Notes: generated by a model from the letters alone, not told the origin. DNA of 64,000 nucleotides from Neoechinorhynchus agilis (GCA_051530055.1 CM121343.1:7628044-7692043); one strand, 5' to 3'; counted from the stretch's first letter, positions 1 through 13,439 are shown. Numbers and translations are program-made.

Positions 1-82
1 TGGCGTATTGAACGGTCTTGGCAATTTCAATCGCGTTGTCCAGATCCATCTAACCGTACCCTGTGTCGAATGATGGTTGATT

Positions 83-507
83 TTAGACCGGTGATGAACA
101 CACCACGCACCAATTCCGTTTCTGCTTCTTCTTGTTTCTTGGTGATTGGACAAACTGGTCGATATCTTCTCGCTGTTTCCTGGTCGATAGTAGATGTTTG
201 CTAAGAATCTCGTTCGTTTTGTATAAACTTTCTATAGATGTGCTGGATTCTTCAATTAGTTCATATATTTCCGGTCCGACATAGACGAATAGGATCTCTA
301 ATCGATTACTGTTTTCATGTAGTGTCGATAGGAAAAGTTTCGTTTCCACAATTTGTTTTGGCGAGATGCTCCATCCTCATGTGGCAACGTATTGAACTTT
401 TCGACAATTTTAATGCCGCTTGTTGTTGTATCTGATCCGCTAGACAACGAGGAATCGCTCATTCTGATTGAATTAAATTGTTGTATTGCACTGTTTGAAA
501 CGGTCAA
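83..507 (-). mobile_element. Ty3/gypsy gag N-terminal remnant (frameshifted)
   Basis: ORFs 298-507 and 83-349 give NTLPHEDGASRQNKLWKRNF and LFVYVGPEIYELIE...KHLLSTRKQREDIDQFVQ, resembling the start of a gypsy gag. Confidence 0.6.
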
Positions 508-559
508 ATATTGGAGTTGTCTTTTTGACCATAAAACCGCTCGTTATTATTACTGACTA

Positions 560-1500
560 GAAATCTGTATCGTTCTTGATGAACCATTCGAAGAAAATCA
601 GAAACGAATGGATATTACGGTCGCGCCTAGAATTATCTGGATTCTCATATTCGATAAGATATCGACCTGGTTGAGAGAATTAATCTGTAGATGTCATGTC
701 TCGTGATATTTGCGCTTCCATGACAACTCGAAATGGGCAACTTCTTCAAATACACTCGGTCATCCGGACATCACTAGGTTCATGTACTTCGTGAAGGAAA
801 ACAACCTACCGTATACGATCGAAGAAATATGGAATGTCCCGAATGTCAAATGTGTTGCAGCATAAAGCCGAGATTTTACAAACCTAACAACCTTCATCTT
901 TTTAAAGCGACAGAGCGTTTCGAACGCTTATGGATAGATTTTAAAGGGTCCTTGCCTTCAACTACGAATGGCATATCTTTTCGTCGTCGTAGATGAATTT
1001 TCACGCGTTCCGATCGCTTTCGCTACTAGAGATTGTTCCCCTGACGCAGTCAAATCTTATTTACGGCAAATATTCGCCATTCTTGGTTGTCCTGCTTATA
1101 TCCGCTCAGACAAGGGAGCTTCATTCGTGTCCCAAAGCATACGTTCATGGTTAAATAGCTTGAGAATTTGTAGGAACAATTCAACCACATTTCATCCGCA
1201 AGGAGACGGGCAGTGTGAGGGGACAAACGGAACGATATGGAGGACGGTTCAACTCATGTTCGCTGACAAAAATATGCCCTCGAAACGATAGTCCGATATC
1301 CTTCCTGAAGCTCTTTCTAGAATACGATCCCGACTATGTACAAGTACCAATGTCACCCCTCATCAAGGAATGTTCAGTTTCGAAATACGAAAACCTCTAA
1401 CATCTTCACTGCCTACTTGGATTAATAACATCGCGACAGCATACCTAAAAAACATGCCACTGCGATCGAAATACGATGATAAGATGCGACAATCGAACAC
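560..1500 (+). mobile_element. Ty3/gypsy pol remnant (RNase H end plus integrase), degraded
   Basis: DFKGSLP, VVDEFSRVPIAF, YIRSDKGASF and HPQGDGQCEGTNGTIW integrase core motifs; several frameshifts and stops. Confidence 0.85.
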
Positions 1501-1870
1501 CGAACGGTCGCCAAGAAATCGTCTCTAGTAGAAGACTGGCTCCTTTCGGAACTTATAGGCTAACCGATGACTCAAGTCCTACAGTAGATGCGGAACCTAT
1601 GGAGAAAACCGAAGATCGGTCCACTGAAGATCAGTCCAAAGATCCAGTCAGCATAGCGGCCGAAGTTCCGATCAGCACAGTGTCGTCGCAGTCGCCGATC
1701 CTTAACCATTATTAATCTAGTCTAGGATTTCAATGGATTGACGAAGGAGAGCGTGAAGTTCGACGGTCCTATCGATTACCATTTTCAAAGAAGGGGAAAA
1801 TTGTGATATCATTAAACAAAATTGTACGTTGGCGAATCCTGTCCCCGGTGTTGTTGTTACTCATTTATTT

Positions 1871-1910
1871 GAGAAATATTTCGCAAGGTTTTCCTTGCCT
1901 CTTCAGTCTA
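1871..1910 (-). ncRNA. Minimal type I hammerhead ribozyme motif in Penelope pseudo-LTR
   Basis: Minus strand AGA-CTGAAGAG-GCAAGG-AAAA-CCTTGC-GAAA-TAT-T-TCT: conserved core, 6-bp stem II, palindromic ATAT stem III, 3-bp stem I. Confidence 0.6.
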
Positions 1911-2606
1911 TCTAAAATGGAGGACATAGACAGGATGCACAGCCGGTCACGTCTGGATGTAGCCCAGATCCGCGGGTTTGCTAATACCCGAAGTGTGGCG
2001 AGTTCCATCCGCACACACCTCTTGCGGTTTGTTGCCGACTAATTTGCCGGTCATGCTACGCAACTTTGATAGCACCAGAGTGTGGTTTGATTTATTGCCC
2101 TCCATCGTCGAATTTCCCCGGATGTGAATGACCTCAAGAATCAGTCTTCTTCTAAGGTCCGGTTCGCTGGTTATGAATCTCGCCTTTTCAAAATCCACCT
2201 TGTGCTGGATTGTTTGCTGGTGGTTCGAGATTGCTGAGGATTTGTCGAAAGTCCTTCAAGCCTGTTTATGCTGCGAGATCCGTTTCTTGATCCCTTGCAT
2301 AGTTTGTCTAATGTTGACACTTGAGCATTTTGCACATGGAATTTTGTAGATCCCTGATTTGGTCTCTTGCTTGGTTTTCCTCTTGAGAATGCCCGCAATG
2401 GATGCGCCCCGTTTGTTGTAAATGAAAAGATTTGGAGCGAGGTACTTGAGGCGCCTCAGTTTTCTGGTCGAGTCGGCAACAAACCGCAAGAGGTGTGTGC
2501 GAATCGAACCCTCCACACTTCGGGTATTAGCAAATCCGCGGATCTGAGCTGCATCCAGACGTGACCTGCTGTGCATGCTGTCCATATATCGTCTCCATTT
2601 TAGATA

Positions 2607-2648
2607 GAGACTGAAGAGGCAAGGAAAACCCCTTGCGAAATATTTCTC
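2607..2648 (+). ncRNA. Minimal type I hammerhead ribozyme motif in Penelope pseudo-LTR
   Basis: GAGA-CTGAAGAG-GCAAGG-AAAACC-CCTTGC-GAAA-TAT-T-TCTC; stem I GAGA/TCTC. Confidence 0.65.
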
Positions 2649-2884
2649 AAATAAATGAGTACCGATAACACCGGGGACAGGATTCACCAACGTACAATCA
2701 AATTCACAACGAGGACAATGACATTAAACAAAATGTAGTTCGTGTTCCTAACTAGTTCATATATATATAATTAACTGCGCAAATACGTTTGTGTGTGTGA
2801 ATTAAAATCACAGTTTGGTTAATACAAGAGGCATAATGCGTGATCGATGATAAAATTGTCCAATCACAGTTCACTTCTATTCTC

Positions 2885-3480
2885 AGATATGCTCGTTCAG
2901 ATGTCTTTAGTCCTGGAGCCGTTCTTATGGAATATCATAACTGATATCAAGTTAGGTGCAGCGGGGCAATGCGGCTACCATTTTGGCCAGCGCCGATGAA
3001 TAGGAGCGTTGAAGAAACTATAAATTATGTATGCGTGCTTAAAAAAAGAGAAATTAGTACAAACCCGGATTCGTAGATCAAACTGTCTGTTTGACAGAAA
3101 CAGGGCATTATGCTTCGACGTGCTTGAATCACCGTCTGATGTGTGCTGGCTCTCACGTCAAAGCCTCTTATCCGACTTCAGATCGGCTGTGAAGGCATCG
3201 TTCAACGTCCTTCAATCTGATCAGTACAAGAGGATAGATGGATATTCAAATTATATTGTTATATGTCTGACTGTGTGATTAATAATAATTCGAAATGCAA
3301 CAGACCATTGGATAAACAACACAAGGATATATGGAGCCAACGCGAAATTCGGCAATTTCTTCACATTTAAGGGAATAAATCGACAAATATCTCCTCAGGC
3401 ACAAGAGAAGTCTTGTGTTAATAAGAGCTTGCGAAACGTGCTGAGGTAGGTGGTTACCGCGTGAAAAGAATCCGTTAACT
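2885..3480 (+). pseudogene. Possible protein kinase C-lobe remnant
   Basis: SDVFSPGAVLME (subdomain IX-like), LQSDQYKRID (XI-like) and HW in separate pieces; no clean gene model. Confidence 0.25.
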
Positions 3481-3974
3481 TCGGTGCCGCACGGGCACTC
3501 TACCGTATAGTCTGCAATCGCTTCCACACCTCCGACAGCAAAGATCATTCCTCTATAAACGGGATAATGTTACAGCTTTATTGTGCATTACCAGTCTTTT
3601 TCCTCTTTGAGGGACGCGTTCGTGATTAGCTGTCATTTGAGGAAAATAAAGTGATTTTCTAAATCGGACCGCTGATTGAATTAGGGCGAACTTAGGACTT
3701 CATTTTTCTACAATGAGATTTTGTGTAATTCTTCTCAGTATTTTGGGACAAAAAATAACATGATCCTTTCGAACGTCCACACAAATCTGTATTCACATGA
3801 TATACATTTTTTACTAGGACAAATCATAAAGTATCATTGTGAAATTTCACCGTCTCTTTATTTCAGAAATATAGAACCTAATCCGCAAAAAGCGGATATG
3901 CACGAGCGGTCATGAAGTTGGGCGCCCGTTGCTATATACACACGCACGTCTTGCACACCACGATTGCTGGTGGA

Positions 3975-4890
3975 TTATTCCTCCATGTCCAAATCGCCAT
4001 CATCATCGGCGATTCTGACGTCCTTTATCCCGTCTGTCACCTCTTTCACTTCCTCATCGGCGCCATTGGCACGTCCGCGGGCGTCGGGTGGACTCACAAG
4101 TGGGGCTGTTCCGAGAAATGGATTCGCGTTGGTTTCAGCATTATCACCTCGATTACTACTACTAGAACTGCTGCTGCTGCTACTGCTGCTGCTGCTGCTG
4201 CTGTTGCAAGTGCCAATGTTATTAAAACTCTGGAGCTGTTGTGTAATTCCGAGTATACCAGTCCGTTCTACTGGAACAATTGCCCAAACCATCTCTTAAA
4301 ATGCGATATAAAGAACAAGACAATGGGAAGCAACTCTCACCTCCAAATGGAACTCCTTGTGCAGTAGTGAATCTAAATTGGCTTTTATATACTCCAGGTT
4401 CCGTCGGACTTGTCAGATCAACTTTGAGATCAAAATGTTCTTGAGGTTTGATTGATCTGGTTATTACAAGAGTCTTTTGATCCGGGATAAGATCGCCACA
4501 TAAAAAGTTGAACTCGACATGGATAGGCCATGGCTCCTGGCCCGTGTTCTGGAATCTCCAAGCTTTCGTAAATTTCGTTGACGGAGTAATTGACTCTCCT
4601 TCGCCATAGGTTGTATCTTCCACTATTGCCATGCTGGGAACTCGCTCAGTTAAATCAGGCGAATCGTTGTCATAATAGGCGCCGATTGCATTCTGTAGGT
4701 TCCAATTAGCCAACTCCAGGAAAAACTTGATTCCCTCGTCGCTGAGCTTCGTCAGCGTATATTCCCTGAACTGTAGCACCAACTCATCGCGGTCAATTGT
4801 GCCAAGCGAGCGAAATGAGTCCCAGAATTTCGCGTCATTCATCGGGTCATCGTCAGTGTCCATGGGTTCTTGTCCGGATGGATGGTTCAT
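3975..4890 (-). CDS. ILRUN: ILRUN/C6orf106-like protein (UBA-like plus NBR1-like FW domain), 2 exons
   Basis: FFLELANWNLQNAIGAYYD, GEGESITPSTKFTKAWRFQNTG; one GT-AG intron joins FG to EMVWAIVPVERTGILGITQQL; poly-Ser tract. Confidence 0.9.
4168..4206. repeat. (CTG)n trinucleotide tract encoding poly-Ser in ILRUN
   Basis: Direct reading of the sequence. Confidence 0.95.
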
Positions 4891-6160
4891 CCGTATATTT
4901 CGATCTTAAACGAAACAAACGCACTAAAAATGCTTATCCGGAAAAAAGATAATCCCAAATAATAACACAGAACCTTAGAACGGACAACAATGTACGCGCG
5001 CGCGTGTGTGTGCGCGTCGTCTGTTTACACACATTTACGGATCACACTGTGACGTAGTGCGAAATTGCCCTGAAAGACTCAGCCATCCGCGCTAATGACG
5101 CACCACACGTGGGTGAGTGGTGACGTCACTGAAAAACGAATTGCGTTCTTTCGTGCTCTCTTAATTCTTACAGAAAACACGTCAGATATTGAACCCTCGC
5201 CGAATGCAATTACAGGGTGTCCTTTGCATCAAGAGAAACGTTTACGATTTGTTCTCCTGTAGTCGACGAGAGAGCTGCAAAATCCACTCCTAATGTCCAC
5301 GATGATTAGACCAGCAAAGTGATGGCGACAAATGCTCTTTGAGGGTATTGCAATTTGCTGCGTCGAGCAAACGAGCACTACAAAAATTGGTGAATCACCA
5401 GGAAGCGTCTCTATACTTAAGGACGAGTCGTCACCGCACGGTGTAATTTCAAAGGAAATGACGAATTGCTATTCCTATGATGTTGTTTAGCCCCATTCCC
5501 CATTGGACGCCGCCTCCGTATCCACGCTTTTCGAAATCCCTTTCGAAAATGGACCATTCGAACGAATCGACAATACACGGACGCCTTTTCGTTATAAATG
5601 ACGAGAAATTGCAGCAGAAGAGAACGTTTAAGGAAGAAAGAACAGTGGCGTGAATGTGACGGTCCGCTTAACGCAGTAGTGACGTCATAACACGTCACAG
5701 TGGCGAGATATTCTCCTTTTAATTGCTTAGTGTTCAAATTTTAAAATCTCATTTTTTAACTTTTAAAGCCAGAGCTCATGAGTTGTTGAAAATTTATTGT
5801 TCAAATGGTTTTTTCTTGAATCTGTGATCAAAATTATTTTTTACATTTCTGTTTTTAACCCATTTATACCGATTGATGGTGGGTGGTTGCTGTGTCGTCA
5901 TTTTCGATAATGCCGCCAATGACGATTATCTGGCGGTGAAAAATTAAAAGAATTTATTGATCCCAATATTTCGGAGGCACAATCTTGTACGTGTTTATCA
6001 AGGTTATTAAAGCTTTTTTATTCGCAGTGCCAATGACGATGATCTGGAGAAGATTATCGATCCCATTCTCCAAATCATAATTCGATATCATTAAGAAAAC
6101 CAAAATACGATCGCCATATTCAAAAAACTTGGCCAAGTACTTCTCTATTGCCATTCTAAC

Positions 6161-7689
6161 ATCGTTATCTCTACTGAACTAGGGCGGTACAAGTTAAAAC
6201 CCAATTTTCTAACGTTCCTTCAATATTTATAGCAGTCGAATTCGATTAAACCATTGACTGCAATGATCCCAAAATAGGAACCCGGTTCTTTAGGCTACCT
6301 GACGGATCTATCCGTGACCACGAAATAGAAAGGCCTTTACAGGTTTTTATAGGATGTCATTTGTAAAAGAAGACGTCAATGTGGCGGTGCGAGGAATCTT
6401 AAAGTACCGGTTCTGGGGAATCAATGGGATAATGTTATGACGCGTCATCAATATTGGATCAGTTGGATCGTTATCTCTACTGAACTAGGGCGGTACAAGT
6501 TAAAACCCAATTTTCTAACGTTCCTTCAATATTTATAGCAGTCGAATTCGATTAAACCATTGACTGCAATGATCCCAAAATAGGAACCCGGTTCTTTAGG
6601 CTACCTGACGGATCTATCCGTGACCACGAAATAGAAAGGCCTTTACAGGTTTTTATAGGATGTCATTTGTAAAAGAAGACGTCAATGTGGCGGTGCGAGG
6701 AATCTTAAAGTACCGGTTCTGGGGAATCAATGGGATAATGTTATGACGCGTCATCAATATTGGATCAGTTGGATCGTTATCTCTACTGAACTAGGGCGGT
6801 ACAAGTTAAAACCCAATTTTCTAACGTTCCTTCAATATTTATAGCAGTCGAATTCGATTAAACCATTGACTGCAATGATCCCAAAATAGGGACCCGGTTC
6901 TTTAAGATACCTGACGGATCCATCCGTGACCACGAAATAGAAAGAAGGCCTTCACAGGTTTTAATAGGATGTCATTTGTAAAAGAAGACGTCAATGTGGC
7001 GGTGCGAGGAATCTTAAAGTACCGGTTCTGGGAAGTCAATGGGATAATGTTATGACGCGTCATCAATATTGGATCTGCTGGATCGTTATCTCTACTGAAC
7101 TAGGGCGGTACAAGTTAAAACCCAATTTTCTAACGTTCCTTCAATATTTATAGCAGTCGAATTCGATTAAACCATTGACTGCAATGATCCCAAAACAGGG
7201 ACCCGGTTCTTTAAGATACCTGACGGATCCATCCGTGACCACGAAATAGAAAGAACTTCACAGGTTTTAATAGGATGTCATTTGTAAAAGAAGACGTCAA
7301 TGCCTCGGTGGCGGTGCGAGGAATCTTAAAGTACCGATTCTGGGAAGTCAATGGGATAATGTTATGACGCGTCATCAATATTGGATCTGCTGGATCGTTA
7401 TCTCTACTGAACTAGGGCGGTACAAGTTAAAACCCAATTTTCTAACGTTCCTTCAATATTTATAGCAGTCGAATTCGATTAAACCATTGACTGCAATGAT
7501 CCCAAAACAGGGACCCGGTTCTTTAAGATACCTGACGGATCCATCCGTGACCACGAAATAGAAGGAACTTCACAAGTTTTTATAGGATGTCATTTGTAAA
7601 AGAAGACGTCAATGCCTCGGTGGCGGTGCGAGGAATCTTAAAGTACCGATTCTGGGAAGTTAATGCGATAATGTTATGACGCGTCATCA
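6161..7689. repeat. Tandem array A, about 5 copies of a 306-312-bp unit
   Basis: Unit start ATCGTTATCTCTACTGAAC at 6161, 6467, 6773, 7082 and 7394. Confidence 0.97.
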
Positions 7690-9150
7690 TTAAAATTGGA
7701 TAACACCATTGAAATCAGCACATCAGAAATGCTTCAAGAAATATGGCAGCTATGGCAAATCCGAAGATTGATTTGGAATCAGCACGTTCAGATAAACTAA
7801 ATGAACATAATCAATAAACGGCAGCAATATTATTAACGCCGGAAATAGCATTGTTAAATTTCGTTCAAAGTCATAACAGCGAAAGATCACTAAATTTGCA
7901 AGAGTAATTAAAATTGGATAACACCATTGAAATCAGCGCATCAGATATGCTTTAAATGTTTTATAGGATGTAAGCTGTGTCGTCGCATCATGGTTTTAAT
8001 TCTCGTACCTTTTATGAACAACAATCCTCAAACTAAATGTTAAGATTTACAAACCCACAAAGAACAGTAAATACAGGTGAAATCCGCTTCAAAAGTAGGT
8101 CTAGAAAAGCTAATTTTATCTGAAATTAATTGGCATTTTAATATTTTTAAACAAGGTTATGTGTGTAAAAATTGAAAGAAGAATAACTCAAGAACTATGA
8201 CAGCTATCGCAAATCTGAAATTTTTTTAGAATCAGCACGTCGAGATGAACTATTTGGACATAATCGATAAACGACGGCTATATTATTAGCGCCGGAAATC
8301 GCATTTTTATATTCCGTCCAAATTCATAACAGTGAAAGATCAGTGTATTTATAAGATTCATTAAAATTGGATAATTGCATTGAAATCATCGCATCAGATA
8401 TGCTCTAAATTTCTTATAAGATCTAAGGCGTGTCATCGCAACATGGATTGAATTCAGTTGTTTTTTGTGAAAATCAATCTTAAAGCTTTATATTAAGATT
8501 TACAAAGCAACAAAAAAACAGTAAATGCAGATGAAATCGGCTTTAAATGTTGATCTAGAAAAGTTAATTTTATCTGAAATTAATTGACGTTTTAATATCT
8601 TCAATCAAGGTTGTGGATTTAAAAATTGAAAGACGAATAACTCAAGAACCGTGGTAGCTATCGAAAATCTGAAAACAGATTAGGAATCGGCGCGTCGAGA
8701 TGCACTATATGGACATATTCGACAAACGACAGCTATATTATTAACGGCGGAAATCCCATTGTTATATTCCGTCCAAATTGATAACAGTGAAAGATCACTA
8801 AATTTATAAGATTCATTAAAGTTAGATAATACCATTAAAATCAGCGCATCGGATATGCTTAAAATGTTTTAATAGATCTGAACCGAGTCATCGCACCATG
8901 AGTTTTATTCAGGTATCTTTTATGAATATCAATCTTCAAACCAAATGTTAAGATTTACAAAGCCACAAAAAACACTAAATGCAGTTAAAATCAGCTTGAA
9001 AAGTTAGTTTTATCTGAAATTTATCGAAACTTTAATATCTTTTATCAAGGTTATTGGTCTGAAAATTCTTAGGCAAATAACTCAAAACTATGGCAGCCGT
9101 CGAAAATCCGAAAACAAAAATGGAATCAGTCTGTCATGATAAACTAAATG
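7689..9150. repeat. Diverged tandem array B, approx. 453-455-bp units (about 3.5 copies)
   Basis: ATTAAAATTGGATAA-like anchors at 7689, 7907, 8360 and 8815, with recurring downstream motifs. Confidence 0.85.
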
Positions 9151-9154
9151 AAAA

Positions 9155-9647
9155 CGGATCCAACCGTGATCACGAAATAGAAAGAACTTCACAAGTTTTA
9201 ATAAGATGTCATTTGTAAAAGAAGACTTGCCAATGTCTCGATGACTGTGCAAGGAAGCTTAAAGTACCGCTTCTCTAAAGTTAAAAGGATAATGTTATTA
9301 CGGGTCATCAATATTCGATTAGTTGGATCGTTATCTCTACTGACCTGCGGCGGTCCAAGTAAAAACGTAATTTTCCTCGTTCCTTCGATATTGAGCGCAT
9401 TGGACTTCGATTAAACCATTAACTGCACTGATCCCAAAATGGGAACTCGGTACTTTAAGCTACCTGACGGATCCGTTTGTAAAAACGACACAGAAAGAAG
9501 ACCTTCACAGATTTCAATAGGATGTCATTTGTAAAAGAAGACCTGTCAATGTCTCGAGGACTGTGCGAGGAATCTTAAAGTACCGGTTCTGGGGAGTTAA
9601 TACGATAATGTTATGACGCGTCATCAATATTCGATTGGTTGGATCGC
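9155..9647. repeat. Diverged 1.6 copies of array A unit
   Basis: Colinear match to unit A (CACGAAATAGAAA, ATCGTTATCTCTACTGA, ATGACGCGTCATCAATATT). Confidence 0.9.
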
Positions 9648-9779
9648 CTACAGCCAAGAATATTTTATTGAAGCATTTTGATCGGATTTATTCTGAAGCT
9701 TATCAACTCCATTCCAAAGCTGCAAATGCCTTAAACATTCTTATTTAATATAAAACGACGATGTTGAGGTTTTACAACC

Positions 9780-12725
9780 CTGCCATCGGGGTGACTCGGT
9801 GCCGGTCACAAGCCTGGACAAATGGAGAGGGTTGGCGTCAGGAGGTGCATCCGGCCGTAAACCTTTGAGCCAAAAACACATCAGCAATGTCAAGTCCAAT
9901 ATCTCCGATCAATCGGGCTAGGGCGTTCCCTTCATGCGACGCGCGAACCCGGCGCCCGGGGTTTGTGAAAAATTATTCAGGGTTACCGGATCAACGACGG
10001 GTCCGGCTAAAGAAGCGAGTCGCTTTCAAAATACGAATCGGCACCCTGAACGTGGGTTCAATGACCGGGAGAAGCGGGGAAGTGGCCGATTTGATGATGA
10101 GGAGAAAAATCGAAATTTTTGGGGTGCAGGAGATCAGATGGAAAAGAGGGAAGGCTAGAGAATTAGGCGACGGATTTAAATTGTTCTATAGTGGAGGAGC
10201 ATCTGGTAGGAACGGAGTGGGCATCATAGTATCAAAGGATTTAGTGGACAACGTCGTAGTGGTAACACGAATAAGCGATCGGGTAATGGCGCTGAATGTA
10301 AGCGTTGACGGCGAAGCCACAATAATAGTTTCTGCGTACACCCAACAAGTCGGTTGTAGTGAAGAGGAGAAGGATGAATTTTGACTGGATTTATCGGAAG
10401 TGACAAGGCCTAGGGGGGGTCGATGCGTGATAACCGGCGATTTCAACGGACACGTGGGACCGAGAGATGGACACGAGCGAATTCATGGAGGACACAGTGT
10501 AGGATCAAGAAACGCCGAAGGTGTACGACTATTGGATTATGCAGCAGCGTTGGATTTACGTATTTCGAATACTTTCAAAAAGATCAAAGACACCTTTACA
10601 CATACTTAAGCGGTGGAAGATCAAGCCAAATCGATTTCATATTGTATCCGATAGGGAGGTGGGGTGAAGTTCAGAATGTCAAGATAATACTAGGAGAGGA
10701 GTGCACGACGCAACATAGAGTGCTTGTGATGGACCTCAATATTCGAGGGAAGCCAAACAGTCGACAACGAGCATTGCGCCGAAAATCAAGTGAGGGAGGC
10801 TAAAGGATCCAATACTCAGGGAAAAGATGAAAATGGTGCTAACCCAGAAATTGGGCGAGAATGTGGCTGAACTGGAACGCTGGTGGAATGAGACAACCGA
10901 AGCGATTCGTAGTGAAGCAAAGAACGTCTTAGGAATGACATCAGGGAAACCTCCACCCAAAACAAAGAGGCACGGTGGTGGAATCCATCCGTCAAGGACG
11001 CAATAAGTCTGAAAATGTCAGCCAGGGAAATATCGGATTTTGACGCGTCCGCCTCGAATGCAGACGCTTACAAACAGGCAAAAAGGAAGGCCGCACGAGA
11101 ATGCGTCAAAGCCAAGAGGGAAGGCGATAACGACCTGTACGAGCAATTACAGCGAGGGAGTTGTAGAGATATGGTCTTCAGGTTGGCCAAAGTCAGGGAT
11201 AAAAAATCGCAGGATATCGTGCACCTCAAAATGATCAGTGATATCCACGGAAAGACGCTGGACCAATGCAAGGACATTTTGGATAGGTGGAAGGAATATT
11301 TCAGCACTCTGCTGAACACTGAGAATGACAGGCAGCCTCTAGAGGACGTACACCCGAATGTCAATAGGACGAGGCCGTACTCGTACGATAAGGTGGCTGC
11401 ACAGCTCAGGAAAATGAAGACTGGTAGGAACGCCGGTCCAGATAACATTCCGATCGAGCTGTGGCAATCTTTGGGAGTCATCGGAATAAAATTGCTCACG
11501 AGTTTCTTTCAGAAGATAGATTTGGAGGAAAAGATCCCGTCGGAATGGCAGGGAAGCATATTGATACCGATCTTCAAAGGCAAAGGAGATGTTCTGTAGT
11601 GAAGGAGCTAACGCGGCATCAGACTCATTTCTCACACAATGAAACTGTGGGAACGAAATGATCGATCACAGGATTAGAGAAGAGATCCGAATCAGCGAAG
11701 ACCAACGAGGATTCATGCCCGACAGAAGCACAATCGACGCAATATTCTTGCTAAGGCAGCTGTATGAGAGGTTCAGTGAGATGCAGTGCCCTTTGCACAG
11801 TGTGTTCGTCGATTTGGAAGAGGCGTACGATACGGTTCCTCGAGATCTGGTGTGGGCATGCCTCAGGAAAAGGAATTGTTCCGAACACTATGTCGCCGAG
11901 CGATGTATCGAGTATGCTACACCTGCGTTCGATGCCATGGCGGAACCACCGACTATTTCCGAGTCTCTGTGAGTTTGCAATAGGGTTCGGCCCTGAGCCC
12001 ATTCTTGTTCACGATCGTGATGGACATCCTAGGAAATGCGGAAAGAGAAATGGACGATACTATTCGCGGACGAATTGGTGCTCACAGCTAGGGATGTGGA
12101 CACGCTCAGGAATTTGCTGAAGAGTTGGCGACAACGATTAGAGAGCAACGGATTGAGGGTGAACAGGCAAGGAACTCAGATCGAAAAGATCTTCAAATAT
12201 TTGGGCAGCCTGTTGAACATGCAATGTGAGCTCGCACCAGAGATCGGACAAAGAGTTCAATGCGTGTGGAATAACTGGAGGATGACAACAGGCATCCCCT
12301 GCGATAAGCGTCTTTCGAACAAGCTCAAAGGGCGGGTGTACAAGGCAGTAATGGGAACCGCCATGCTCCATGGAGCAGAGAAGTGGGCTACGAAGAAGGA
12401 AGACGTTCAACGATTAGCCGTCAACGAAATGCGGATGCTGAGATGGTCCGCAGGATTGACACGCAAGGATCGAGTGCCCAATTAGGAGGTGCGAAAGCTG
12501 TTTGCTGTCGAGCCGATCGAGGAGGCAATCGCTAAGAGGCGGATGCGATGGAACCTGCAGGTGACACGAGAATCGAGCTCGAGGGGAAAAGGAGAAGATC
12601 GAGGACCAAGAAGAGCTGGAAGGATAGTGTGAGCGGAGATTTCAAGACGCTGGGAAAGGAGAACAAAGACGAAAACCGACAATGCTGAAAAGAACGACCT
12701 CTCAAGTGAGAGAAAAGTTCAAAGA
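9780..12725 (+). mobile_element. RTE-clade non-LTR retrotransposon (APE plus RT), near full length, frameshifted
   Basis: RIGTLNVGSMTG, GVQEIRW, GDFNGHVG, SQIDFIL, GPDNIP, QRGFMPDRSTIDAIF, FADELVL and FKYLGS motifs. Confidence 0.95.
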
Positions 12726-12932
12726 AATGTTGTTGTCGATTTTGAGGTCTACGTTATGTTGATCCTAATCGACAATATTTATTCTTCATGGCCATGAATT
12801 TCCTAAAATTCTTTTTTGTTGTTTGATTTTAGATCTACAGCTGCCACGACCTCGTCTTGTGTTTATATCCTAGGAAAACGAGTGGAAAAGTCTTATTCAA
12901 AGGCACAAGAATTTATTCGGATAATTTTTTCG

Positions 12933-13232
12933 TTACAGATCATCTCCAATTGTAGGAAATTCGCCCGTTTTGATGTATTCGATAACATTGTAGATGTGAT
13001 AAGGGATGAATAGGTAGCCAGAATAGAGCACAAAGGACAAGAATAGCACCGTCCCAGCTATGAGAAGTGCTGATTCGTACGGCTCAAGCATATAAGCACC
13101 ACTGTTCAATGCATACTGCATATACAGCCAATACCTAAATCAAAGTAGAATAAAAACTAGCAGTTAAAGTGCATACAGGAATGATTTTATTCTTCCAATC
13201 ACGCACCGATCCTTTTTCGACACTTCGACCAT
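12933..13232 (-). CDS. SPTSSA: Serine palmitoyltransferase small subunit, 2 exons
   Basis: YWLYMQYALNSGAYMLEPYE...YSGYLFIPYHI; GT-AG intron 13176-13135 restores the frame. Confidence 0.8.
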
Positions 13233-13439
13233 CGCCTCAAATACATATAAACGAGAAACTGTACCAATTTTCGCGGATTCTTCCGGTTCGTTACACGAAT
13301 TCAGTTCAAAATTCATTTTGAGCGGCCAGAGCAATTGATGTTGTTTGTGTGCCATGTAAAGGCAAGCGACATTTTGCGCGCTGTTGTAGTCGACAGGTTA
13401 GAAGTTTTGACTTAATTGATGATGAGAACTTGAACAGAG

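Larger units (their letters stand above)
1805..2735 (-). mobile_element. Penelope-like element fragment: GIY-YIG endonuclease between inverted pseudo-LTRs
   Basis: SGIYKIPCAKCSSVNIRQT...KKRISQHK and DFEKARFI...RRRLILEVIHI on the minus strand; approx. 220-230-bp inverted repeats at about 1820-2040 and 2470-2700. Confidence 0.85.

Noticed and set aside
5417-6154. ORFs 5417-5737 and 5954-6154 as genes
   Set aside because: No recognisable motif or consistent exon model; cannot be supported from sequence alone
6161-7689. Array of 5S, SL or snRNA genes
   Set aside because: No recognisable 5S or snRNA sequence, and no leader-GT-Sm site arrangement on either strand
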